Counted from the stretch's first letter, positions 9,802 to 19,007 are shown. The stretch is 37,261 nucleotides of DNA from a virus (IMGVR_UViG_3300028416_000038:1-37261), one strand, 5' to 3'. Notes: generated from the letters alone by a model not told the origin. Numbers and translations: made by a program.

Positions 9802-10425
9802 ATGAAAGCAACCGAAGTACTTAAAAAAGCCAAAGAACTTCTTTCTATCGAAACGGAAGAAGTAAAATTAGCGACGGCTACTTTAGAAAACGGAACGATT
9901 ATAGAAGCAGAGTCTTTCGCTGCAGGCCAAGAGGTCTTTATCGTTACCCCCGATGAAAAAGTAGCATTACCCGTAGGAGACTATACTCTAGAGGACGGAA
10001 ACGTTTTAATGGTCAAAGAGGAGGGAATTATCGACTCTATTGGAGCAGCTCAAGAGGAAGAGGAGCCTAGCGAGGAAAGTCTGAACGAGGAAACCGAACT
10101 CGAAGAAGATAAAGAAGAAATGGGATACGCGACTAAAGAAGAACTTGCTGAGGTTAAGTCTATGATCGAAGAGATTAAGGCTATGATTAAAGACAAGGAA
10201 GAAATGAGCGAAGAAGTTTCTGAAGAAGAAGTTAAGGAAGAACTTAGCGAAGAAATTAAAGAGGAAGAAAGCAAAGAAGAAATTAAAGAAGAGCTTTCCG
10301 AGATTCCTAAGGTTAAACATAACCCAGAAAAAGAAGAAGATCGTAATTTAAATTTATTTGCTCAGAAAAGAGCTACGACTACTTACGACAGAGTATTAAG
10401 TAAAATTTCAAAAATCAATCAATAA
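9802..10425 (+). CDS. Capsid scaffolding protein
   Basis: 207 aa, very Glu-rich, with a basic C-terminal helix; directly upstream of the major capsid gene. Confidence 0.7.
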   Translation: MKATEVLKKAKELLSIETEEVKLATATLENGTIIEAESFAAGQEVFIVTPDEKVALPVGDYTLEDGNVLMVKEEGIIDSIGAAQEEEEPSEESLNEETELEEDKEEMGYATKEELAEVKSMIEEIKAMIKDKEEMSEEVSEEEVKEELSEEIKEEESKEEIKEELSEIPKVKHNPEKEEDRNLNLFAQKRATTTYDRVLSKISKINQ

Positions 10426-10427
10426 AA

Positions 10428-11381
10428 ATGGCAACAACTACAAGTATTACTTCTACTTACGCAGGGGAGTCGGCAGGACAGTATATTTCTGCAGCCCTTC
10501 TAAGTGGATCGACAATCGAAAACGGAGGGATTACAGTTAAACCTAACGTAAAATTTAAAGAGGTAATTAAGAAGGTATCTACTAATGATATCGTAAAAGA
10601 CGCTTCATGCGACTTCGACGCAACTTCTACAATTACTCTTACTGAGAGAGTTCTTCAACCAGAATTCCAGCAAGTCAACTTACAACTTTGTAAGAAAGAC
10701 TTTATCTCAGATTGGCAGGCTATAGAGATGGGGTATAGCGCCCATCATGACCTACCATCTTCTTTCAGCGATTTCTTAATTTCTCATGTAGCTGCAAAAG
10801 TAGCGCAGAGAACTGAGAACTCTATTTGGAGCGGAGATACTTCTACTAATGGACAGTTCGACGGATTCTCTACTACTTTAGCTTTAGACGCGGATTTACC
10901 AGCGGCTCAAGAAGTAGCTTCTACTACAGTAACTGCTTCTAACGTAATTACAGAGCTTGGTAAAATCGTAGACGCTATTCCTTCTGCTCTTTACGGTGCT
11001 GAAGATCTTAACGTATACGTTTCTCAAAATATTGCTAGAGCATACGTCAGAGCTTTAGGAGGATTTGGTTCTTCTGGACTAGGTGCTGCGGGTACTAACG
11101 CGATGGGAACTCAATGGTGGAATAACGGATCTCTTACTTTCGACGGAGTAAAAATCTTCGTAGCTAACGGATTAGGAGATAATACTGCTATTGCGGCTGA
11201 GAAATCTAACTTATTCTTTGGTACTGGTCTTTTAGCAGATCACAACGAAGTAAAAGTATTAGATATGAGCGACCTAGACGGTTCAGATAACGTTAGAGTC
11301 GTAATGCGATTTACCGCAGGAATTCAGTATGGCGTAGTAGAAGATATAACTACTTACGGTATTACTAACTCTGCTAACTAA
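10428..11381 (+). CDS. Major capsid protein
   Basis: 317 aa following protease and scaffold, with an HK97-like E..IW.GD.....FDG segment; followed by a terminator. Confidence 0.85.
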   Translation: MATTTSITSTYAGESAGQYISAALLSGSTIENGGITVKPNVKFKEVIKKVSTNDIVKDASCDFDATSTITLTERVLQPEFQQVNLQLCKKDFISDWQAIEMGYSAHHDLPSSFSDFLISHVAAKVAQRTENSIWSGDTSTNGQFDGFSTTLALDADLPAAQEVASTTVTASNVITELGKIVDAIPSALYGAEDLNVYVSQNIARAYVRALGGFGSSGLGAAGTNAMGTQWWNNGSLTFDGVKIFVANGLGDNTAIAAEKSNLFFGTGLLADHNEVKVLDMSDLDGSDNVRVVMRFTAGIQYGVVEDITTYGITNSAN

Positions 11382-11402
11382 GAATTAGAATAGTTTAACT
11401 TA

Positions 11403-11441
11403 AAGGGGTAGGTAAGCCAAAGAGCCTGCCTACCCTTTTTT
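11403..11441 (+). terminator. Rho-independent terminator after the capsid gene
   Basis: GGGGTAGGT...GCCTACCC stem followed by a T-tract. Confidence 0.8.
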
Positions 11442-11455
11442 AATATATAAAAGAT

Positions 11456-12004
11456 ATGGCATGCGATTTAACAAGAGGTCGAAAAGAACCATGTAAGGAC
11501 GTAGTAGGCGGTCTGAAAGCTATTTATTTTACGGATTTTGGAGATCTAGGAACCGTAACTAAAACAGACGACGAAATTACAGACTTAGACGGGACTTTTA
11601 CGGCTTTTAAATATGAATTAAAAGGTAGTAGTAGCTTTGAGCAGGCAGTAACCGCTTCTAGAGAGAATGGTACTGTATTCTACGAGCAAACTCTAAACCT
11701 TACTCTTAAAAAACTTTCTAAGGAAGATAACAAAGAGCTAAAACTTCTAGCGTATGGGAGACCTCATGTAGCGGTAGAAGATTATAACGGTAACGTTTTT
11801 TTAATGGGCTTAGAGCATGGAGCGGACGTTTCTGGCGGAAGCATAGTAAGCGGGGCTAGTATGGGAGACCTTAGCGGATATACTTTAACGTTAACTGCTC
11901 AAGAAAGAGAGCCAGCTAACTTTATCGATAGCCCATCGGCTGCAGATCCTTACGCTGGAATGGCTTCAGCTACGGTAACGGTTACGGAAGGGACTAATAG
12001 TTAA
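11456..12004 (+). CDS. Major tail (tube) protein
   Basis: 182 aa with MAC....GR..PC...VGG, ENGT.FYEQ.L and GYTLTL...E motifs; flanked by terminators. Confidence 0.7.
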   Translation: MACDLTRGRKEPCKDVVGGLKAIYFTDFGDLGTVTKTDDEITDLDGTFTAFKYELKGSSSFEQAVTASRENGTVFYEQTLNLTLKKLSKEDNKELKLLAYGRPHVAVEDYNGNVFLMGLEHGADVSGGSIVSGASMGDLSGYTLTLTAQEREPANFIDSPSAADPYAGMASATVTVTEGTNS

Positions 12005-12026
12005 TTAGTAACTTTACTAAATAAAG

Positions 12027-12055
12027 AGGGGTAGTAGAAATGCTACCCTTTTTTT
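12027..12055 (+). terminator. Rho-independent terminator
   Basis: GGGTAGTA-GAAA-TGCTACCC followed by T7. Confidence 0.85.
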
Positions 12056-12059
12056 ATTA

Positions 12060-12084
12060 TAACAAATTAGACTTTTTTTTATTA
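12060..12084 (+). promoter_or_regulatory. Late-promoter-like motif TAACA-N14-TTATTA
   Basis: Same motif immediately after the terminator; 7 nt before ATG 12092. Confidence 0.75.
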
Positions 12085-12091
12085 TATAAGT

Positions 12092-12433
12092 ATGATAATA
12101 TTACAAGAGTCAGCAAGTAGTCAAACTTTTAGTTTTATTCCTAGATCTTATACGGACGGAGTAACTTATACTATAAAAATAACTAACGAGACTACTAATA
12201 AAGAAGTATACTCTTCTACGGCAACTTCTTTTACTGAGGTAGATTACTACTACCAGCATAGCGATACCTTTACTCTAAAAGAAGATACTTACTATACTAT
12301 AGAAATTACTGCTAGTAGTGAAGTAATATTTAGAGATAAAATATTCTGCACTAATCAAACAGTAAGCACTTATTCTATAAATAATAACGCTTATACAGTA
12401 AATAGCGACGATAACGAATTTATATTAATATAA
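12092..12433 (+). CDS. Putative head-closure / structural protein
   Basis: 113 aa, beta-rich, coupled to the portal gene. Confidence 0.5.
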   Translation: MIILQESASSQTFSFIPRSYTDGVTYTIKITNETTNKEVYSSTATSFTEVDYYYQHSDTFTLKEDTYYTIEITASSEVIFRDKIFCTNQTVSTYSINNNAYTVNSDDNEFILI

Positions 12434-14181
12434 TGGATAACTTACATATAGTAAACCTTTCTTCTTATAATAGGCCTAAGGTCAAAGAGGATAAAAAAAA
12501 GGACTGGGTCGCGTATGGATCCGATAACAATTACTACCAGTATCTTATAGACTTATATACTAATAGTACTACTAATAACGCTATTATAAACGGGATAAGT
12601 AACTTAATTTACGGTAAAGGCCTAGACGCTTTAGATAGTTCTACTAAGACAGACGAATACGCTGCTCTTAGATCTATTTTTAAAAACGATTGTCTTAAGA
12701 AGATATCTCTAGACTTAAAACTCTTAGGAGAGGCTTCCTTTCAAGTCTTATATAAGGACGGTAAAGTATTTAGAGCGGAGCATTTTCCGAGACAAACTCT
12801 AAGAGCTGAAAAATATAATAAAGACGGAGATATAGAAGCTTATTACTATTCGCCTAACTGGGCTAAAGTAAAAAGTAATGATAATCCAGAAAGGATAGCA
12901 GCTTTTGGCATGGGTAACGGAATAGAGCCAGAGATTAAGATTATTAAAAAGTACGTTTCTGGTTACGATTATTACTGCCCCGTAGATTACGCGGGAAGCC
13001 TAGCGTATGCTGAGCTAGAGAGCGAAGTGGCGGATTACCTTATTAACGACGTACAAAATGCTTTTTCGGGAACCAAAGTAATAAATTTTAACGCAGGAAT
13101 CCCAGATAGGGAAAAGCAGCTACAAATAAAGAACGACGTAATGCATAAACTTACGGGGTCTAGAGGAGAAAAAGTAATAGTAGCTTTTAATAATAACGCA
13201 GAGCAAAAAACTACTATAGACGATATTCCTTTAGATAACGCTCCAGCTCATTACGAATATTTAGCTAACGAATGCGCTACTAAATTAATGGTAGGCCATA
13301 GAGTTACCTCTCCTTTACTTTTAGGAATTAGAGACGGTAATAACGGTTTAGGTAATAACGCAGACGAAATTAAAACGGCTTCTTTGTTATTCCAAAACGT
13401 AACTATAAGACCTTACCAAGACTTAATTATAGACGCTATAGATCAAATTCTAGCAGTAAACGGAATTAGTCTTAAATTATATTTTAAAACGCTTCAGCCT
13501 TTAGAGTTTATCGAAACAGATAACGCTATTACAGACGAAGCTAGAGAAGAAGAAACGGGAGTAAAGCTTAGTAAAGAAGAGCCAACGGACGAAGAGCTAT
13601 TAGATAGCCTAGAAGGATTAGGCGAAAGTGAGGAGGAGCTATTAGAGCAGGGCTGGGAGCTTTTCGACGAAAGAGCGGTAGATTACGAGCAGGAAGAGGC
13701 CTTAGATAAAATGCTAAGCTTAGCTTCCGTAGCACCAAATAGAGCGACTGCAAATAGTGAATTAGACGGAGAGACTGAGACTGGTAAAAGATATTTAGTT
13801 AGATACCAGTACGCTCCTTTAATCGTTAGCGGTAACTCTAGAGAGTTTTGTCGTAAAATGGTAAGAGCTAAAAGAATTTATAGAAAAGAGGACTTAAATA
13901 AAAATAGTACTGCTAATAGTGAATTAGCTGCTAGAGGAGAGAACTCTTATAATTTATTTTTACACAAAGGAGGAGCTAACTGTAAGCATTACTGGCTTCG
14001 TAAAACGTATATATTTAAGGACGGAGTAAAACCAGATCCTAATAGCCCAAAGGCTCAGAGAGCTTATAAGAGTAAGAGAAAAGAAGAAGGGATTAAAGAT
14101 CCTACCTCTGCGGAAGAACCTAACTTAGTTTCTACGCGACCAATAGATACCCCAAACAAAGGATATAAAAACCCTAGATAA
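12433..14181 (+). CDS. Portal protein with a C-terminal extension
   Basis: 582 aa. Portal-like core (YG.DN.Y, S.T.NAII, I.GKG, HRVTSP.LLG, IRPYQ), then an acidic linker and a basic SREFC...GG.NC.H.W domain. Confidence 0.8.
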   Translation: MDNLHIVNLSSYNRPKVKEDKKKDWVAYGSDNNYYQYLIDLYTNSTTNNAIINGISNLIYGKGLDALDSSTKTDEYAALRSIFKNDCLKKISLDLKLLGEASFQVLYKDGKVFRAEHFPRQTLRAEKYNKDGDIEAYYYSPNWAKVKSNDNPERIAAFGMGNGIEPEIKIIKKYVSGYDYYCPVDYAGSLAYAELESEVADYLINDVQNAFSGTKVINFNAGIPDREKQLQIKNDVMHKLTGSRGEKVIVAFNNNAEQKTTIDDIPLDNAPAHYEYLANECATKLMVGHRVTSPLLLGIRDGNNGLGNNADEIKTASLLFQNVTIRPYQDLIIDAIDQILAVNGISLKLYFKTLQPLEFIETDNAITDEAREEETGVKLSKEEPTDEELLDSLEGLGESEEELLEQGWELFDERAVDYEQEEALDKMLSLASVAPNRATANSELDGETETGKRYLVRYQYAPLIVSGNSREFCRKMVRAKRIYRKEDLNKNSTANSELAARGENSYNLFLHKGGANCKHYWLRKTYIFKDGVKPDPNSPKAQRAYKSKRKEEGIKDPTSAEEPNLVSTRPIDTPNKGYKNPR

Positions 14182-14183
14182 TT

Positions 14184-14684
14184 ATGGCAGAGGCATTATT
14201 AATATCAAGAAAAGACGTAGTTAAGTTTACCTCCATGAATGGTAATATAGATACGGATCATTTTATACAGTACGTTAAGATAGCGCAGGATAAGCATATA
14301 GAAAACTATCTAGGAAGCGACCTAATAAATAAAATAAAAGCAGATATAGTAGCTAGTAGTTTAAGCGGAGATTATTTAAGCTTAGTTAATAACGAAATTA
14401 AGCCCGCCCTTCTACATTGGACTATGGTAGAATATTTACCTTTTAGTAATTATACTATAGCTAATAAAGGAGTATTTAAACATACTAGCGAGAACTCGGA
14501 TAGCGTAAGTAAAGAAGAAATAGATTACTTAATAGAAAAAGAAAGAAATACGGCGCAATACTATACAGATAGACTAGTAGACTATCTAACTTTTAACGCT
14601 CCTTCTAAGTTTCCAGAATACTATAGTAATACTAACGAGGATGTATATCCCGATAAGGATTTGTTCGGCGGATGGATTATTTGA
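14184..14684 (+). CDS. Putative head-tail adaptor protein
   Basis: 166 aa helical protein after the portal, with AQD.HI..YLG.DL and FPEY motifs. Confidence 0.55.
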   Translation: MAEALLISRKDVVKFTSMNGNIDTDHFIQYVKIAQDKHIENYLGSDLINKIKADIVASSLSGDYLSLVNNEIKPALLHWTMVEYLPFSNYTIANKGVFKHTSENSDSVSKEEIDYLIEKERNTAQYYTDRLVDYLTFNAPSKFPEYYSNTNEDVYPDKDLFGGWII

Positions 14685-14788
14685 GAGAAAGAAAAGTAAA
14701 ATATAAACCAAAGGAAAAAAATATAGTCAAGTTAGAAAACTATATTAAAAACCTAGATAACAAATTGGTAAAAAAATTATTAGTATAA
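14672..14788 (+). CDS. Small basic hypothetical protein (38 aa), not in the ORF track
   Basis: MDYLRERKVKYKPKEKNIVKLENYIKNLDNKLVKKLLV*. Fills the gap and ends 1 nt before the next ATG. Confidence 0.5.
   Translation: MDYLRERKVKYKPKEKNIVKLENYIKNLDNKLVKKLLV
14758..14782 (+). promoter_or_regulatory. Late-promoter-like motif TAACA-N14-TTATTA
   Basis: Same motif; 7 nt before ATG 14790. Confidence 0.75.
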
Positions 14789-14789
14789 T

Positions 14790-14897
14790 ATGGCTAACGC
14801 TATTAACTGGGGAGAGATTTATTGTAGTACTTGGTTCGGCGATGTGTCGAATGAGTCAACTCTTCATATTAGTAGTCAGCCTAATTGTTTCGTTTAA
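14790..14897 (+). CDS. Small hypothetical structural peptide (35 aa), not in the ORF track
   Basis: MANAINWGEIYCSTWFGDVSNESTLHISSQPNCFV*. Directly behind the promoter motif; shares WG..Y with the next ORF. Confidence 0.65.
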   Translation: MANAINWGEIYCSTWFGDVSNESTLHISSQPNCFV

Positions 14898-14900
14898 AAT

Positions 14901-15110
14901 ATGGCAGCAAGACCTATTACAGATTGGTACGGTAGAAATGATATAGGATGGGGTAAAACCTATGAGATCGTTCATGCGGGTAACGTAAACGAGGCTAACT
15001 ATTGGGGTTATATTTACCCTTTTAATTTCGACGGTAGTACTTTTGATGTATCTACTTCGGCAGTAACGGCAGATAATAATATATATACGGCAGATCAAAC
15101 ACAATTTTAA
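14901..15110 (+). CDS. Small protein with WG..Y motifs and a C-terminal TAD repeat (putative fibre adaptor)
   Basis: 69 aa with GWGKTY, YWGYIY and DVSTSAVTADNNIYTADQTQF. Confidence 0.65.
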   Translation: MAARPITDWYGRNDIGWGKTYEIVHAGNVNEANYWGYIYPFNFDGSTFDVSTSAVTADNNIYTADQTQF

Positions 15111-15121
15111 AATAATATAAA

Positions 15122-15994
15122 ATGGCTAAACAACCTATAGATATTGGAACTTCGGCAAACGACGGGACGGGAGATGCCCTTAGAGTCGCTTTCGATAAAA
15201 CCAATGATAACTTTAACGAGATCTACGCAGACGATTTCGTAACGACTGCAAGGATAGCAGACGACGCTATTACAGAAGCCCATTTAGACGCTACTAACGC
15301 TGCAGTAGATAACTACGTTTTAAGTTACGATAGTGCTTCTAGTGGTTTTACATGGGTGCAACAATACGACGGAGATATAACTGGTATCGTAGCTGGAGAC
15401 GGTCTTACGGGAGACGCTACTTCTGGAGATGCTTCCCTAGCAGTAGGAGCGGGAACTGGTATAACAGTTAACGCAGACGATATCCAAATAGCAGAAGGAG
15501 GAGTAGATACTTTACAACTAGCTGCAGACGCGGTAGACGGTACTAAAATAGCAGACGATAGTATCGATAGCGAGCATTATGTAGACGGATCTATAGATAC
15601 TGCGCATATAGCAGACGACCAAATTACTCATGCTAAACTAGAAGGTAGATATACAGAGATACAAGATATAGCTACTACTACAGGAACTATTGCTTTAGAT
15701 GCTTCTTCTTACGCGGCATTTAATTTAACGGGAGCTTTAGGTACTGCGACTTTAGATATACAAAACCTTAAAACGGGCCAAGTAATAGATATTATTCTTT
15801 CTGGTAGTTTATCTAGTGCGGTAATTACTTTATCCGCTAGTACATTTACTACAGTAGCTATTAATAAAGTAGGTAGTACTAGTTTAGATACGGCAGCTAC
15901 TAATATTTTACAAGTGCTTTGCGTAGACGATACAGACGCGGACGCTATTTTAACTTGGGCAGTAGCCTCTTACGCATCAGGAACTTCAGTATAA
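15122..15994 (+). CDS. Fibre protein with a T4 gp9/gp10-like N-terminus and 10-aa shaft repeats
   Basis: MAKQPIDIGTSANDGTGDALRVAFDKTNDNFNEIY resembles the T4 gp10 N-terminus. (V/I)D..(K/H)IADD-type decamers at 15503-15640. Confidence 0.7.
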   Translation: MAKQPIDIGTSANDGTGDALRVAFDKTNDNFNEIYADDFVTTARIADDAITEAHLDATNAAVDNYVLSYDSASSGFTWVQQYDGDITGIVAGDGLTGDATSGDASLAVGAGTGITVNADDIQIAEGGVDTLQLAADAVDGTKIADDSIDSEHYVDGSIDTAHIADDQITHAKLEGRYTEIQDIATTTGTIALDASSYAAFNLTGALGTATLDIQNLKTGQVIDIILSGSLSSAVITLSASTFTTVAINKVGSTSLDTAATNILQVLCVDDTDADAILTWAVASYASGTSV

Positions 15995-16003
15995 AAATAA
16001 GAT

Positions 16004-16474
16004 ATGAAAGCAATACAAATAGACGGATCAATAAAAAGATACACTACCATTCCTAAGGCATGGGGTAATGTAATTACTGGTTTTAACTTATTATCTTCTT
16101 CCGATTGGGAGGCTGCAGGATTTTACGACGTAGTTACTCCTAGCTACGATTCAGCAATTCAAAAGTTAGGAGACCTTGAGTGGGATGCAGATAGTAGTAC
16201 TTTCACTTACCCTGTAATTAATAAAACTTGGACACAAACAGTAGCTGAACTTAAAGAGTCAAAGATTGCAAACTTAAAATCTATATACAATAGAAAATTA
16301 GCAGAAACAGATTGGTACATTATTAGAGCATCAGAAGGTGGCACAGCTACGCCTCAATCTATATTAGATGATAGAGCAGCTTTAAGAACTGAATGTGGAA
16401 CTAAAGAAGCGGAGATTAATGCTAAAACAACTAAAGCAGCAGTAGTTTCTTATTCTTTACCAAATCTTGACTAA
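16004..16474 (+). CDS. Putative tail-fibre assembly / chaperone-like protein
   Basis: 156 aa with an L.ETDWY..R..E.......I...R..LR motif; adjacent to the large fibre gene. Confidence 0.6.
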   Translation: MKAIQIDGSIKRYTTIPKAWGNVITGFNLLSSSDWEAAGFYDVVTPSYDSAIQKLGDLEWDADSSTFTYPVINKTWTQTVAELKESKIANLKSIYNRKLAETDWYIIRASEGGTATPQSILDDRAALRTECGTKEAEINAKTTKAAVVSYSLPNLD

Positions 16475-18853
16475 ATGGGATTTAATAAAAAATTCTTTAC
16501 AACAGGAGGTATAGTAGCTTCCACACCATCTGCACCTGCAGCAGCAGCATTCGACGCTTTTCAGAACTTCGAGACCGTAACCTATACAGGAAACGGAGGT
16601 ACACAGAAGATAACAGGGTATATTAGAAAGGGTGCTTCTTTTAATGGGAGTAGTAGTTATATTTCGGCAGATAATATATTAGATACATCTTCTGCTTTTA
16701 CTTATTCCTTGTGGATTAATCCAAACACAATTTCAACCCTTGATTACTTAATAGGTCATCAGCAAGCAGGTAGTCCTTATGCGGGAGTTTCTTTATTGGG
16801 AAGTGGTTCGAATAAACTATTTTTATCTATATCGGGCGGAACTGCACAAGATATGACACCATCACTAACATTAGGTTCTTGGTCGCATATTGTATTGACT
16901 CACGACGGTAGTGGTAATTACACTTGTTATACTAATAACAATGGAAGTCCAATTACATATTCAGGAGCAACAAGTAATAATAGTTCTAATCCTTTTAGAA
17001 TTGGATTTTCAAGCGTAGGTGGGTGGGGTTACTTTGATGGAAAAGTAGACCAAGTCAGAATATTTAACACCGAACTAAATTCAACACAAGTAGAACAATT
17101 AGCAGACGAAGAATATGGAGATGCTGAAAATTCAGTTACGGATTTCTTTGATGATGGTTCAGGTGTTGCTTTATATGAGTTAGATGAGGATGCTTTAAGC
17201 AGTAACTTCGAACAAGGTGTAGATTTTAATGGAATTGCAGCAAGTAATAGGTCTAAAATACTTACAAGTGGATTAACTACGTACAATGACTTTAGTATAA
17301 GTTTTTGGATGAATTCTGATGATTTTACTTATTATAGGATTATGATGGGAACTTCGGATAGCTATAACACTCAAGCAGGATTTGGAATAATGACAGGATT
17401 TCCAAATAACGGCGATTTAACCTTTAGAGCTTCAGCTGGTAGTGGAGGTGTGGATATAACAGCTACAGGATTAAGTGATGGTACTTGGTATCACGTTGTA
17501 ATAACTCAAGATAGTTCTACTACAACCAAAAAAATATATATTAATGGAACTTTAGAGGATACAGATACAACTTCTACAATCGCAAATGGACAGGGATATT
17601 CTTTAATATTAGGTGGTTATAGTATTTATGACAATAATCCTTATGATGGAACACTTGACCAAATAAGAATATATAGTAGTGCATTAGACCAAACAGACGT
17701 AACTAATTTATATAGAGAAAATAATATACCTACAACAAACCTTGTTACCCATTACACTTTTGACAATACTTATACAGACCAAGTAGGAAGCAACAACGGA
17801 ACTGCATCTAATACAACATTTGTAAACGGAGTTTATGGAGGAACACCTACAAACGTAAACTTTTTAGGTATGGCATTCCAACCTGATTTTGTTTGGATAA
17901 AGAATAGAGATTCAAGTATTGCAAATCACTATTTGATAGATTCAGTAAGAGGTATAGGCTCTTCAACATATAAGTTTATAAGTTCTGATTTGACAACTGC
18001 AGAAAATACAACAACATTAAGCCACGTAAACAGCATTGACTCAAACGGCTTTACGGTACAGTCTCTTCACGTAAGAACAAATAAAAATGGAGATGACTAC
18101 GTAGCTTGGTGTTGGAAAGCAGGAGGTGCAGCAAATACTTATAATGTTTTAGAAGGTGGTACTGTAACTTCAGATTCTACTGCAAGTGGTGCAGGTATTA
18201 CAGCAGGTAGCATAACAACAGGATGGGAGGTATCTGCTAATAGAGATGCAGGGTTTAGTATTGTGAAGTGGACTTCAGATGGTTTTTCAGGAATAAGAAC
18301 AGTAGGAACAGGGCTTAATTCTTCACCTGAACTTATTTTAGTTAAAAATACAGATATTTCTGATAATTGGGCAGTGTATTCTACTACTTTAGGAAATAAT
18401 TTATTTTTAAGATTAAATACAACCGATTCACAAATAACAGGAACGAACTATTGGTCTACAAGTGCTACAACTTTTGGTGTAAGGCAAAGTTCGTTTTTTA
18501 ATAATGGAGACAAAGGAATCGCCTACTGCTTCCACTCCGTAGATGGGTATCAGAAAGTGGGGAGTTATAGCGGAAGTAGTTCAACTGTAACAGTAACAAC
18601 AGGATTTGAACCAAGATTTGTAATAATAAAAAGGTATGATTCGGGAAGTGTTGCTGATTGGATTATGTATGACCAAGTAAGAAGTAGCGGTACTGATATG
18701 GATGATTATTTAGTACCAAATGATTCTATAGCGGAACAACAAAATAGTGCTATTGACATAACCGCTATCCCAACAGGTTTTACAGTAGAATCAGGAAATT
18801 GGCAAGGTATCAATACAAGCGGTGGAGAATACATCTATTTAGCAATAGCATAA
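16475..18853 (+). CDS. Receptor-binding fibre/spike with two LamG (ConA-like) domains
   Basis: 792 aa. YTGNG/FQPD.VWIK.R/YVAWCWKAG scaffold plus two FNG...S.W...W.H.V.T...DQ.RI(F/Y)...L...V..L LamG units. Confidence 0.8.
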   Translation: MGFNKKFFTTGGIVASTPSAPAAAAFDAFQNFETVTYTGNGGTQKITGYIRKGASFNGSSSYISADNILDTSSAFTYSLWINPNTISTLDYLIGHQQAGSPYAGVSLLGSGSNKLFLSISGGTAQDMTPSLTLGSWSHIVLTHDGSGNYTCYTNNNGSPITYSGATSNNSSNPFRIGFSSVGGWGYFDGKVDQVRIFNTELNSTQVEQLADEEYGDAENSVTDFFDDGSGVALYELDEDALSSNFEQGVDFNGIAASNRSKILTSGLTTYNDFSISFWMNSDDFTYYRIMMGTSDSYNTQAGFGIMTGFPNNGDLTFRASAGSGGVDITATGLSDGTWYHVVITQDSSTTTKKIYINGTLEDTDTTSTIANGQGYSLILGGYSIYDNNPYDGTLDQIRIYSSALDQTDVTNLYRENNIPTTNLVTHYTFDNTYTDQVGSNNGTASNTTFVNGVYGGTPTNVNFLGMAFQPDFVWIKNRDSSIANHYLIDSVRGIGSSTYKFISSDLTTAENTTTLSHVNSIDSNGFTVQSLHVRTNKNGDDYVAWCWKAGGAANTYNVLEGGTVTSDSTASGAGITAGSITTGWEVSANRDAGFSIVKWTSDGFSGIRTVGTGLNSSPELILVKNTDISDNWAVYSTTLGNNLFLRLNTTDSQITGTNYWSTSATTFGVRQSSFFNNGDKGIAYCFHSVDGYQKVGSYSGSSSTVTVTTGFEPRFVIIKRYDSGSVADWIMYDQVRSSGTDMDDYLVPNDSIAEQQNSAIDITAIPTGFTVESGNWQGINTSGGEYIYLAIA

Positions 18854-18857
18854 AACA

Positions 18858-19007
18858 ATGGAACAATTGAAGATATACGGATTCAACGCAATAGCATTAG
18901 CAATATCAATAACAGAGATTAATCCTTATCTTCAGACAATATCTTTACTGTTAGCAATAGGGTACACAATTATACAAATAACAAAGAAACTAAATGGCAA
19001 AAATTGA
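18858..19007 (+). CDS. Small holin-like membrane protein (49 aa), not in the ORF track
   Basis: MEQLKIYGFNAIALAISITEINPYLQTISLLLAIGYTIIQITKKLNGKN*. Two hydrophobic stretches and a basic tail, at the start of the lysis cassette. Confidence 0.65.
   Translation: MEQLKIYGFNAIALAISITEINPYLQTISLLLAIGYTIIQITKKLNGKN

Noticed and set aside
10140-10300. GAAGAA-rich quasi-repeats resembling a tandem repeat or CRISPR array
   Set aside because: They encode the Glu-rich scaffold (EELSEE units); there is no constant repeat-spacer structure.
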